From NCBI GenBank assembly GCA_965223005.1, contig CBDCVK010000005.1:192001-256000 (forward strand): a DNA stretch of 64,000 nucleotides, written 5' to 3'. A model generated the notes under the pieces. That model was not told where the DNA came from and ran no database searches. It saw nothing but the letters and a program-made list of their open reading frames with translations. Below are positions 32,210 through 41,374 of the stretch, piece by piece (position 1 is the stretch's first letter; each line of letters opens with the position of its first letter). This DNA is from Terriglobia bacterium (GTDB lineage: Bacteria; Acidobacteriota; Terriglobia; JAJPHL01; JAPKYU01). The position numbers and the translations under genes were made by a program.

Positions 32210-32458
32210 CTAGCTTGAATTTGCCTCGGCTGCTGGCGTTTCCGATCCGGAGGTGGAACTCCCGTCCCCGAGTTCTTGAGCCTGCTCCATGGGTTCTTGC
32301 GTTTCCGATTCCAACGCGGCCTGGCTCTCAAATTCGAGTTGTTCGAGGCCGCCGGCCGCCTTTCTCTGGACCCGGCGTTCTACTTTCATGCGCCGCTTTT
32401 CTTTTCTCGCAATCTCTTTCTGGCGCTTTTGAAAGGTCATCCGTCCTCGCTGGGCCAT
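32210..32458 (-). CDS. Small basic/acidic protein (TFQKRQKE type)
   Basis: GGAGG RBS; Arg/Lys-rich N-terminal helix and acidic tail. Confidence 0.7.
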   Translation of the reverse strand: MAQRGRMTFQKRQKEIARKEKRRMKVERRVQRKAAGGLEQLEFESQAALESETQEPMEQAQELGDGSSTSGSETPAAEANSS

Positions 32459-32526
32459 AAACCCTCCCTCACATCAAAGTTTGGAAACGCGACGCAAACT
32501 CTCGCTCCGCAAACACGCTCGCTGCG

Positions 32527-32874
32527 CTACCAGCGGGGCTCACGGGGCTGCCGTGCGGAACCACGGTAATCATCCCGCGAGAACCGGCCGCCGCCGCGAC
32601 GTTTGCCGCCGCCGCCAAAGCTCTGTTGCGGCTTGGGACGCGCCTCGTTCACGTTCAGGGCTCGACCAGCCACTACTTTTCCGTTCAATTCCGCCATAGC
32701 TTTGATCGCTGATTCGTCGTCAATCAATTCTACGAAAGCGAACCCCCGGGCGCGGCCCGTGGCACGATCTGTCGCGACGTGTATTTCGCCGACTTCCCCA
32801 AATGGCTCAAACAACGATCGCAACTCGCTCTCCGTTGTTTCAAAGCTCATGTTCCCGACATATAGCTTTTTCAT
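32527..32874 (-). CDS. RRM RNA-binding protein
   Basis: RNP2 LYVGNM, RNP1 RGFAFVEL, VNEARP, Gly/Arg tail. Confidence 0.93.
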   Translation of the reverse strand: MKKLYVGNMSFETTESELRSLFEPFGEVGEIHVATDRATGRARGFAFVELIDDESAIKAMAELNGKVVAGRALNVNEARPKPQQSFGGGGKRRGGGRFSRDDYRGSARQPREPRW

Positions 32875-32973
32875 GCTTCTTCCTTTCTCAATGGTGGCGA
32901 GGGTACGTGGCAGGGACAAGACCCGGGAATCGAAATCTTGCTGCGACCTTGCCGCTACCAGGATAGGCACGGT

Positions 32974-33000
32974 GCGAGCGGAGTAACTTACTCCGCTCGC
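32974..33000. other. Perfect inverted repeat between csp and the RRM gene
   Basis: GCGAGCGGAGTAA-C-TTACTCCGCTCGC. Confidence 0.7.
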
Positions 33001-33012
33001 TCGGACTCGGAC

Positions 33013-33216
33013 TCACAGAAGGGAAACATCCTCGGCCTGCAGGCCCTTCGGACCCTTGGTGACCGAAAACTGAACAGCTTGCCCCTCTTCCAGCGACCGA
33101 TAGCCCTCTGACTGGATCGCCGAAAAATGGACAAAGACATCCTCGCCCGTCTGCCGTTGGATAAACCCATATCCCTTTGACGGGTTGAACCACTTCACAG
33201 TACCTTCTTCTTTCAC
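33013..33216 (-). CDS. Cold-shock protein
   Basis: [22 protein letters not shown]. Confidence 0.96.
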   Translation of the reverse strand: MKEEGTVKWFNPSKGYGFIQRQTGEDVFVHFSAIQSEGYRSLEEGQAVQFSVTKGPKGLQAEDVSLL

Positions 33217-33346
33217 AAACTATCCCCTTCGTTCTTGAGCTATTTGGGCTTCTCGACTTTCCAAGGACGACGCCAACCGGCACTTCCAGCCAGGTGGCCG
33301 GCGTCAATGAACGGGCGAGCGCAACAAACGCGGGCTTAGTATACCA
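33217..33346 (-). promoter_or_regulatory. Extended -10 promoter and long structured 5' UTR of csp
   Basis: TGgTATACT at 33346-33338; ~115-nt leader with a GACGCC...GGCGTC stem. Confidence 0.5.
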
Positions 33347-33530
33347 CGGTGAGTCTGATTTTCGGTCTGAAAAGGGGGGTGAGACGCCCGGCTATGCCCC
33401 GGTTCGAATCGAATTTCCCGGCTTGGCAACTGGCGAAGCCGTGGGGCCACGAGCTCGGCGCGCCTCCGCTTCGGGAAGGTTTAGCGCCTGCACGATTTGC
33501 CGTGCGATTTCAGCCGGCCGGATCCTCCCA

Positions 33531-34445
33531 TCAGCCCCGGAACAGATTCCGCAGGAAGAATACCAGGTTGGCGGGACGCTTGCCCAAACGCCGGGTCAGG
33601 TAGGGAAACCACTGACGCCCAAAGGGGATGTAGATACGCATCCGGTATCCTTCACGGCGCAGACGCTGCTGTAGGTCGCGCCGGATTCCGTACAGCATCT
33701 GAAACTCGAACGCCTCCGGCGCAATTCCCTGGGTCTGGCAATAGTCCCGTGTGGCGCGGACCATCCGCGGATCGTGCGTGGCGATAGCGTGATAGAGGCC
33801 GCTGGGAAGCAACCGCCGCATTAGCCGCAGGAAGTTGGCGTCCACGTCGGACTTGCGCGCGTAGGCCACTTCGGGCGACTCGTCGTAGGCGCCTTTGCAC
33901 AAGCGGATGCGGATACCTTCCGCCAGCAGTTGTTCGACATCCTGCTCGGTGCGATACAAATAGGCCTGGATGACCGCGCCCAGGTTGTCGAACCGCCGCC
34001 GCAGGACGCGCACCGACTCCAGAGTGCGCTCCGTATACCCGGAGCCTTCCATATCCACCCGCACAAAGTTGCCGTAGGTAGCGGCCCGCTCCACCACCGC
34101 CGCCAGCCGCTGCTGGCAGTGCTCCGTGGAAAGGTCCAGACCTAACTGTGTCAGCTTGACCGATACATTCGTGTTCAGGCCCCGAGCCTGAATCTCATCC
34201 AGTAGCTGGAGATAGACGTTGTGCGCAGCAGCGGCTTCCGCCTCGCTGGTGACGTGCTCGCCCAGGTAGTCCAGACTGACGCTGAAGCCGGCCTCCTGCA
34301 CTGCACGGGCGGCACGTAGTGCGTCTTCGATTGTTTCCCCGGCCACGAACCGGCGGGCCAGTGCGCGCACGGCCCGCGACTCCAGCATGAATTTTTGAAT
34401 GGAAGGCCTCTCAGCCAAGTGGAGCAGCAGGCTTCGGATCAGCAT
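33531..34445 (-). CDS. Monofunctional proline dehydrogenase
   Basis: RFVAGE, SVKLTQLG, VDME, RLCKGAY, IATHD, FQMLYG. Confidence 0.93.
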   Translation of the reverse strand: MLIRSLLLHLAERPSIQKFMLESRAVRALARRFVAGETIEDALRAARAVQEAGFSVSLDYLGEHVTSEAEAAAAHNVYLQLLDEIQARGLNTNVSVKLTQLGLDLSTEHCQQRLAAVVERAATYGNFVRVDMEGSGYTERTLESVRVLRRRFDNLGAVIQAYLYRTEQDVEQLLAEGIRIRLCKGAYDESPEVAYARKSDVDANFLRLMRRLLPSGLYHAIATHDPRMVRATRDYCQTQGIAPEAFEFQMLYGIRRDLQQRLRREGYRMRIYIPFGRQWFPYLTRRLGKRPANLVFFLRNLFRG

Positions 34446-34474
34446 GTGCAGCGGAGGAGAGAGGACAGGGAAAA

Positions 34475-35395
34475 CTAGTGTTGGGCTTCCAGCCACCTTT
34501 CCGTGGCAATGGCGGCCATGCACCCGCTGCCGGCAGCGGTAACAGCCTGGCGGAAGACACGGTCTTGCACGTCGCCGGCGGCAAAGACCCCCTCGACGCT
34601 GGTGCGGACGTGGTCCTGGGTCACTACGTATCCCTCGGGATCCAGCTCGATCTGGCCTTTGAGCACGTCGGTGTTGGGTTGGTGGCCGATGGCGAGAAAG
34701 ACGCCGTCGGCTTCCAGCTCGCTCGGCTCTTTGGATTTCACGTTGCGCAGCTTCACTCCGGTGACCTGACCCCGGCTGGGGTCGTAAATGTCTTCGACGA
34801 CTGTATCCACGGTGAGCTTGATCTTGTCATTGCGGCGAGCGCGTTCCAGCATGATCTTGGAGGCGCGAAACTGATCGCGCCGGTGGATGATGTTCACCGA
34901 GGCGGCAAATTTGGTGAGGAAGGTACCTTCCTCCATGGCCGAGTCCCCGCCGCCCACCACCAGCACTTTCTTGCCGCGGAAAAAAAAGCCGTCGCAAGTG
35001 GCACAGGTAGAAACCCCGTGGCCCATCAACTTCTTCTCTGCGTCCAGGCCCAGCAGGCGGGCTGAGGCCCCGTTGGCCAATATCAACGCCCTGGTTTGCA
35101 ATTCCTCGTCCTCCACCCAGATTCGAAAGGGACTCTGGGCAAGGTCGGCCCGGGTCACCGAGCCCTGCTTGTACTCAGTGTCGAATTTGGCGGCCTGTTC
35201 CTTCATTTTCTGAATCAGGTCCGGTCCCATCACTCCCTCGGGAAAGCCGGGATAATTCTCAACCGTCGTGGTCAAGCTCAATTGCCCGCCGGCTTCCCAG
35301 CCCTCAATGACTAGAGGTCTCAGGTTCGCTCGCGCGGCGTAGAGGGCCGCGGTCAGCCCCGCGCACCCGGACCCAATGACGATGACGTCACGCAT
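34475..35395 (-). CDS. trxB: Thioredoxin reductase
   Basis: GSGCAG, CATCDG, GGGDSAMEE, FAAGDV. Confidence 0.96.
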   Translation of the reverse strand: MRDVIVIGSGCAGLTAALYAARANLRPLVIEGWEAGGQLSLTTTVENYPGFPEGVMGPDLIQKMKEQAAKFDTEYKQGSVTRADLAQSPFRIWVEDEELQTRALILANGASARLLGLDAEKKLMGHGVSTCATCDGFFFRGKKVLVVGGGDSAMEEGTFLTKFAASVNIIHRRDQFRASKIMLERARRNDKIKLTVDTVVEDIYDPSRGQVTGVKLRNVKSKEPSELEADGVFLAIGHQPNTDVLKGQIELDPEGYVVTQDHVRTSVEGVFAAGDVQDRVFRQAVTAAGSGCMAAIATERWLEAQH

Positions 35396-35602
35396 CTTAA
35401 GACTCCTCATCTGACTGGCAGTGGTCTTATTGTAATCCAACAAGCGTCGAGCATTGTGGCTCACCGACGTTTACGGCGATCCCATTCTTCAGATTGTGGC
35501 GTAGCTGCTTCAACACGCGCCCCGCAAGATAGCGGGCGTTCCATACATCCCGCTCCGGCAACCGAACCTCATCGGAGATTGTTGCACTGACTAAGGGAGA
35601 AT

Positions 35603-35730
35603 TGGTTGGGAGACCAGGATTTGAACCCGGATACGCACCCGGACATGTAGATGATAAGCAGATCCAGAGTCCGTATTAGCGCTCCGCATGGGGCCGCGCC
35701 CTGTTGCACCATCCGGGTGGGTGCGCCCAA
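35603..35730 (-). pseudogene. Degenerate, insertion-expanded copy of tRNA-Gln(CTG)
   Basis: 35603-35633 matches the tRNA-Gln 3' end at 28/31 nt; anticodon segment at 35657-35671; remnants of the 5' half are interrupted by insertions. Confidence 0.7.
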
Positions 35731-35734
35731 GAAC

Positions 35735-36106
35735 TTACCCCTTCGAAGCCATCAATACTCCCACGAAGTTAACTAGCCTCTTGGGTTCGAAGGGTTTGGT
35801 GACGTAGAGCAAGCCTCCTAGTTCTTGGGCTTGTTCATAAGAGCTGAATTCCTTTTGCGCGGTGAGAAACCCAATCGGAATCTCAGCGGTTATTTGGTTG
35901 GCTTTCAGCTTCGCACAAACTTCCAGGCCATTCATCTTCGGCATCATGATGTCCAGCAGTATTGCATCTGGTTGCTCTTTCAACGCTTTCTGAAACGCCT
36001 CTTCGCCGTCGCCAGCGGGAATGACCTCCATCCCTTCCTCAGCCAAAGCTATCTCCACAATGCGCCGAATCGAAGCGTCGTCTTCTGCCACAAGGATTTT
36101 TTTCAT
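35735..36106 (-). CDS. Single-domain response regulator (CheY-like)
   Basis: ILVAEDD, LLDIMMP, FLTA, TKPF. Confidence 0.92.
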   Translation of the reverse strand: MKKILVAEDDASIRRIVEIALAEEGMEVIPAGDGEEAFQKALKEQPDAILLDIMMPKMNGLEVCAKLKANQITAEIPIGFLTAQKEFSSYEQAQELGGLLYVTKPFEPKRLVNFVGVLMASKG

Positions 36107-36238
36107 GGTTGAAGAAGCTACTCCCGCTATTTGGTCCAGTGATTATGCCCGGAATGTCCGATCTGAGCTTCCATGCCGCTCGGAATCATACGCCAGCAAC
36201 CGCTGTCAATTCAAGCTGACAACCGTGCTGATCGTAGT

Positions 36239-36312
36239 TGGCTGGGAGACCAGGATTCGAACCTGGATAAGCAGATCCAGAGTCTGCCGTGTTACCATTA
36301 CACCATCTCCCA
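36239..36312 (-). tRNA. tRNA-Gln (CTG)
   Basis: TGGGAGA/TCTCCCA acceptor, GCAGA-CTCTGGA-TCTGC anticodon arm, GGTTCGAATCC, CCA end. Confidence 0.96.
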
Positions 36313-36432
36313 GTGGGTAGCACCGTCAGAGGAAGCAATGTTTATTTTACTGGGGGACCGGGTCAGTCAGCAAGGCCCGGTAGCGCCGGGCTTAGTATCC
36401 CATCCTGAACCACCCTGAAAAGAGATGGCGGC

Positions 36433-38616
36433 CTAAAGAGCCCTGCTGCGTGGCGACCCGCTGTGGTCCCGGTGCCGCAGAAACTCAGCTGCGCGCCCCA
36501 GGACTTTTTCTTTTGGCGCCCCCACGATCTCGCACCTCGGTAAAGCCTGCAAGAACTGCCCGCCGTAGCGCCGTGTGAGGAGCCGCTTATCCAGGCACAG
36601 GAAAATCCCGTAGTCGGTTCGGCGTCGGATCAGCCGGCCGAACGCCTGCTTAAAGGCGATGACGGCGGCCGGTAGCTCGTACTCCCGAAAACTGCTCCTA
36701 CCGTCTTCTTCGATACGCTCCATGCGGGCTTCGGTCACCGGCTCGTCCGGCACCGGAAAGGGGAGCCGGTGCAGGATCAGATTGGAGAGCGCTTCGCCTG
36801 GCACGTCAATGCCCTCGCGGAAGCTGGTTGTGGCCAGCAGCACTGAGTTCAGGTCCCGCCGGAAGATTTCAATCAGGCGGTTCCTGGAAAGCTCACCCTG
36901 GCAGAGCACCCGGAAGCCAAGTTTCTCCGCATGTGGAGCGATCAGCTGGTGGGTGGCCCGCAGAGTGAACCAGGCATGGAACAACACCAGCGACCGGCCA
37001 CGCGACACCTTCAGTGCCCGCCAGATAAACCGGGCTGCTTCTTGCAGAAAGTCCTGCTCGCGATCGGTGGGCTCAGGCAGGTCGTCGGGGATTCCGACCA
37101 GCACATTCCGCTGGTAGTCAAACGGGGAATCCAATAGCAGCGTCTCGGTGCGGGGCGCCAGATCGCCGGCCAGGCCGAGCCGCCCACGAATGTACTCGAA
37201 CTGGCGGCCGGCAGCCAGAGTGGCGCTGGTCAGCAGGCAGGCATCGAGTTTTTTGAACAGGCGCTGCTCCAGGTGCGGCGCCAGATCTAGCGGTGCCGAA
37301 GCCAGCTTGAGGCGAAAGGCGCCTTTCTTCGTAGTATCCGGCTGGATCCACTTCACAAGTTCTCCCACGCCACTGGTGGGTTCGAAAAAGTCCTTGATGT
37401 CCAGGGCGCGTTCGCGGAGGGATCGGCAAGCCGAGCGCGCGGTGATAAAATCGCGGCTGTTCAGAAGGTCCTCGGCGGGTTCCACTCGCCGAAGGAATTG
37501 CCCCACCCGGTTCGCGACCAGATCCAGCGTCGCTGCCATGTGGTGGGTTGCCACCTGCGCGTGGACCAGCGCGGCGTGTTCGTAAATACCCGGAGTCAAC
37601 CGCAGCGGCTTCAGGATCTCTCGCGCATGCTCCGGGTTGGGCGCCAGCTCGTGGTAGGCGCGCTCGATGCCCCGGAAGGCGTTCTCCAGCGCCGCCTCGG
37701 CATTACCCACCTCCGGATAGACTTGCTGCTGAAGGAAGTCGGGTAGGGCGCGACGCTCGCCCGCCGGCAACCTTCGAAAGTCAGGCACTGCCTGCTCCAG
37801 CCCAGGCAGCGCGCCTCGCCCGCGCCCATCGTACAGGCGGTGCAGCAGCATCTTCAGACCGGACAGGCTGATTTCCAAGCCCAGGAAGCGAGTGGCTGCG
37901 TCTTCGACGTTATGAGCTTCGTCCAGGACCAAAACCGTGTAGTGGGGTAGCACGCGCCCGCCTTCCTCTTTGATTGCCAGGTCGGCGAACACCAGGCTAT
38001 GGTTGGCCACCAACAGGTGTGCCTGGGCGGCACGCCGGCGAGCGTTGAAGAAGAAGCAGGAGTCGTAGAAGCGGCACCTGTCGCGGGTGCAAGTGTCGCG
38101 CTCGGCGCGGACTTGCTCCCACACCTCAGGGGGAACGGCGGGCGCTTCGCTCCGTGTGCCTTCGCGCGCCTGCTCGGCCCAGCGCTCCAACTTTCCTACG
38201 GCGTCCGGGAAATCCACGATCAGCGCGCCCGAGGTTTCCGCCAGCGCAAGTCGACACAAATACGCGCCCATACCCTTGACTTCCGCCGCCCGGAACTCGA
38301 TGCCATGTTCTTCCAGAACTCTTTGCGTGAAAGGAATGTCCCTCTGGATAAGCTGGTCCTGAAGGACGTGGGTGCTGGAACTGACCACCGCCGCTGTTCC
38401 GGTCCGGAGGGCATGCAGCAAGAGGGCGAACAGGTAGCCGAAACTCTTTCCCGTGCCGGGGCCGGCTTCGATGACCGCGAGCTTGTTCTCTTGAAGCGCG
38501 CGGCCCACCAGTTCGGCCATCTGCTGCTGTTGGGGACGAACCTCGTAGTGCGGCAAGAGGCGAGCTACGCCGCCTTCCGGCGCCAGTAGTTCGGCGGCCG
38601 AAGAGGGATCGGGCAC
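36433..38616 (-). CDS. dinG: DinG/YoaA family Fe-S DNA helicase
   Basis: AGPGTGKS, Fe-S cysteines, DEAH, EGIDVPG, QAFGRLIR. Confidence 0.9.
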   Translation of the reverse strand: MPDPSSAAELLAPEGGVARLLPHYEVRPQQQQMAELVGRALQENKLAVIEAGPGTGKSFGYLFALLLHALRTGTAAVVSSSTHVLQDQLIQRDIPFTQRVLEEHGIEFRAAEVKGMGAYLCRLALAETSGALIVDFPDAVGKLERWAEQAREGTRSEAPAVPPEVWEQVRAERDTCTRDRCRFYDSCFFFNARRRAAQAHLLVANHSLVFADLAIKEEGGRVLPHYTVLVLDEAHNVEDAATRFLGLEISLSGLKMLLHRLYDGRGRGALPGLEQAVPDFRRLPAGERRALPDFLQQQVYPEVGNAEAALENAFRGIERAYHELAPNPEHAREILKPLRLTPGIYEHAALVHAQVATHHMAATLDLVANRVGQFLRRVEPAEDLLNSRDFITARSACRSLRERALDIKDFFEPTSGVGELVKWIQPDTTKKGAFRLKLASAPLDLAPHLEQRLFKKLDACLLTSATLAAGRQFEYIRGRLGLAGDLAPRTETLLLDSPFDYQRNVLVGIPDDLPEPTDREQDFLQEAARFIWRALKVSRGRSLVLFHAWFTLRATHQLIAPHAEKLGFRVLCQGELSRNRLIEIFRRDLNSVLLATTSFREGIDVPGEALSNLILHRLPFPVPDEPVTEARMERIEEDGRSSFREYELPAAVIAFKQAFGRLIRRRTDYGIFLCLDKRLLTRRYGGQFLQALPRCEIVGAPKEKVLGRAAEFLRHRDHSGSPRSRAL

Positions 38617-38656
38617 CTGTCTAGTCTAATGCAAGCCCTGGGTGTACAATCGGTCT

Positions 38657-38965
38657 ATGTTTCGGGCTGTTTTACTGTGCGCGCTCCTGCTGCTGGCCAT
38701 CAACGCACTCACAGCCCCAGCAGATAAGCCGCCGGCTGAAAAAAAGCCAGCAGGCAGGCCTCCTCCCGCTCAACCGGTGGACGTCAACAGTGCCTTAGCC
38801 ACCGAACTCCAGCAGTTGCCGGGTGTCGGACCGGCCACTGCGCGCGCCATCATTCACCATCGCAGCCGCAACGGGCGGTTCCGCCGCGTCGAGGAGCTGT
38901 TGATCATTCGCGGCATCAGCCGGGCCAAGTTGCGCCGCTTGCGCGCCCACGTTCGGTTGAACTGA
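38657..38965 (+). CDS. ComEA-like helix-hairpin-helix protein
   Basis: Signal/TM segment, VDVNSA...LPGVG, IRGIS. Confidence 0.85.
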   Translation: MFRAVLLCALLLLAINALTAPADKPPAEKKPAGRPPPAQPVDVNSALATELQQLPGVGPATARAIIHHRSRNGRFRRVEELLIIRGISRAKLRRLRAHVRLN

Positions 38966-38984
38966 CCCTCCCCTTCCGTCTCGC

Positions 38985-39013
38985 TTGACGACCTACCGAT
39001 CGCTGGCTACACT
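38985..39013 (+). promoter_or_regulatory. Sigma70 promoter of tRNA-Glu
   Basis: TTGACG-17 bp-TACACT. Confidence 0.7.
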
Positions 39014-39024
39014 GGGTCCAAAGT

Positions 39025-39099
39025 GGCGGTATCGTCTAGGGGTTAGGACACCAGATTCTCAATCTGGGAACCCGGGTTCGATTCCCGGTACCGCTACCA
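39025..39099 (+). tRNA. tRNA-Glu (CTC)
   Basis: GGCGGTA/TACCGCT acceptor, CCAGA-TTCTCAA-TCTGG anticodon arm, GGTTCGATTCC, CCA end. Confidence 0.96.
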
Positions 39100-39433
39100 A
39101 GCCACCCACTGCTACCGAGTGCTACAGAAAGCACTTAGCTGGCAGGCTGATTTCGGTACGCTTCCGCCGGTATCAGGCCATACCTCTCGGTAGTTGCAGA
39201 TAGTGGTCACGGGACGTCAATCAAGCCCCTGGCGAGTGAGAGTGCTACGTTGCCCTGGGCGGACATGCGGGGCTTCCGGCTCGACCCGTGGGCGAGGGTC
39301 CTGATGGTACCAGCCCGAGCCCGAATCTTGTAGTTCGGAATGACATTTATGAATATAAATGACGCCCGCCACACCCACTGACGTGGCTCGATTGCACTGC
39401 GCCGGTAACTCTTTACACCCCTGGGCGACGGCC

Positions 39434-39520
39434 TCAGGGCGACTGGACGGGGATGGTCACGGACCGATCCGGGTTGGCGACAATCCCGTTCTGCGTGAGC
39501 ACCAGCGGGACCGCGGTCCA
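39434..39520 (-). pseudogene. C-terminal fragment resembling acidobacterial TIGR03437-type secreted proteins
   Basis: WTAVPLVLTQNGIVANPDRSVTIPVQSP* with no upstream gene body. Confidence 0.4.
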
Positions 39521-39680
39521 CTATAACTGCCTGCCTTGCTGTAGTTTACCAGCCAGTGATGCTAAATCGGGTGGAGCCGGAGGGCAGGCGCGTCCGGGAA
39601 CCTCCGCGAAGCCATAGCCGGGCGGACAGCCGGACCCCCGGGGCGCTAGAATGCCTGCGGCCGTGCCATACCTTCGGGAC

Positions 39681-41345
39681 TTAGCGTTTCCCCGAACCTC
39701 CTTTGGCAAGGACGCTATCGGGCAAGGCGACGGCAAAAAGGGCGCCTCCGGAGGGGATGACAACGTATTGCTTGTCGTCCAGAGCGTAGGTCATGGGCGC
39801 AGCAATCACAGGGGAGCCGGTTTGTAGGTGCCAGAGGTGCTTTCCGCTTTTGGCGTCGCAGGCCAGCAGGTAACCCTCATGGTCCCCGGTGAAGACCAAT
39901 CCGCCCGCGGTGGCCAGCGTGCCTCCCCAGGAGGGCGAGTGGTATTTGAACTCCCACTTGATTTGCCCGCTCAGAGGATCAATGGCACGCAGGGCTCCCT
40001 GTCCTTTTTCGCCAGGCTTGGCCCGAAACGCGCTGCCGAAAAAGATTTGTCCTGGTCGGTGCTTCTGCGGCGAGCTGAAAAAGATATCGCACTGCTCGCG
40101 GGCGGCCACATAGAAATAGCCCGTCTGGGGACTAAACGAGGGAGACATCCAGTTGGTCCCCCCGATGATCCCGGGACAGACGTAAGTGCCTTCAGGAGTC
40201 GGATCGGTGTTTGGGAGCTGGGCGGGACGGCCATCCGGACCAATCTCCTTGGCCCAGGTCACGCGGACAAACGGCTTGCCGAGCAGGAACTTGCCGTTAG
40301 TGCGGTCCAGCAGGTAAAAAAAACCATTGCGATTGGCCATCGCCAGCAGCTTTCGTGGCCGACCTTGAAACTCCAGGTCCAGCAGCACCGGGATTTGCGT
40401 GGCATCCCAGTCGTGCAAGTCGTGCGGGGTGAACTGGAAATACCACTTCAGCTTCCCCGTGTCGGCATCCAGCGCCACCACAGAGTCGCTGTACAGGTTG
40501 TCCCCCTTGCGATCTCCGCCGTAAAGATCCGGCCCTGGATTGCCCGTGCCCCAGTAAATCAGGTTCAGCTCCGGATCGTAGGTGCCGGTCAGCCAGGCCG
40601 GCGCACCACCCGATTTCCAGGAATCCCCCGCCCAGGTTTCGTGGCCGGGCTCGCCCGGAGCAGGGATGGTGTAGAAGCGCCAGGCGCGCTTTCCGGTCTC
40701 GGCGTCATACGCTTCAATGAAGCCGCGAATTCCATACTCGCCCCCGGACACTCCCACGATTACCTTGTCTTTGACCACCAGCGGCGCCATTGTGAAGTTG
40801 TACCCCTTGCGGTAATCTTCGGCCTCCACGTCCCAAACGACCTCGCCGGTTTTCGAGTCCAGCGCCACCAGGTGCGCGTCCAGCGTGGCCAGGAACACCT
40901 TGTCGCCCAGCGCCGCCAGCCCGCGGTTGGGGGTGCCGCAGCACAGGGGAATTTTCTCGGGCAGGATGCGCTGGTAGCGCCAGATGAGCCGCCCGGTGCG
41001 GGCATCCAGCGCGTAGGCACGACTTTCCGGCGCGGTCAGGTACATGATGCCGTCGATGACCAGGGGCGTGGTTTCGAACTTGTCAGGGGTCCTGGTCTGA
41101 AAGACCCACTCCACCGCCAACTGTTCGACGTTGCCCGTGTGGATCTGCTTCAGCGAACTGTAGCGCTGACCGGTGTAATCGCCCGAGTAGGTGAACCAGT
41201 TGTGCGGCTCGTCAGCCGCCTTCAGCAGCCGCTCGTAGCTGACCTGGCCCCAAGCGCCCTGGGCGCCCACGCTGGTAAGCCACAGGAGGAGGAAAAGCGC
41301 GTAAGGTTTCACCCCGTTTTTTCCCTCCAAGTTCCTCGCTCCCAT
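39681..41345 (-). CDS. PQQ-dependent dehydrogenase (alcohol dehydrogenase type)
   Basis: Signal peptide, CCG disulfide, GGEYGIRG, WGTGNP, PHDLHDWDA, Trp-docking repeats. Confidence 0.92.
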   Translation of the reverse strand: MGARNLEGKNGVKPYALFLLLWLTSVGAQGAWGQVSYERLLKAADEPHNWFTYSGDYTGQRYSSLKQIHTGNVEQLAVEWVFQTRTPDKFETTPLVIDGIMYLTAPESRAYALDARTGRLIWRYQRILPEKIPLCCGTPNRGLAALGDKVFLATLDAHLVALDSKTGEVVWDVEAEDYRKGYNFTMAPLVVKDKVIVGVSGGEYGIRGFIEAYDAETGKRAWRFYTIPAPGEPGHETWAGDSWKSGGAPAWLTGTYDPELNLIYWGTGNPGPDLYGGDRKGDNLYSDSVVALDADTGKLKWYFQFTPHDLHDWDATQIPVLLDLEFQGRPRKLLAMANRNGFFYLLDRTNGKFLLGKPFVRVTWAKEIGPDGRPAQLPNTDPTPEGTYVCPGIIGGTNWMSPSFSPQTGYFYVAAREQCDIFFSSPQKHRPGQIFFGSAFRAKPGEKGQGALRAIDPLSGQIKWEFKYHSPSWGGTLATAGGLVFTGDHEGYLLACDAKSGKHLWHLQTGSPVIAAPMTYALDDKQYVVIPSGGALFAVALPDSVLAKGGSGKR

Positions 41346-41374
41346 CTCCTCATCTTCCTTTTGGTTCCTTGTCC

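Noticed and set aside
35430-35590. Integrase remnant beside the tRNA-like copy (…RVLKQLRH…)
   Set aside because: Too short and no other catalytic motif; unsupported without an HMM search
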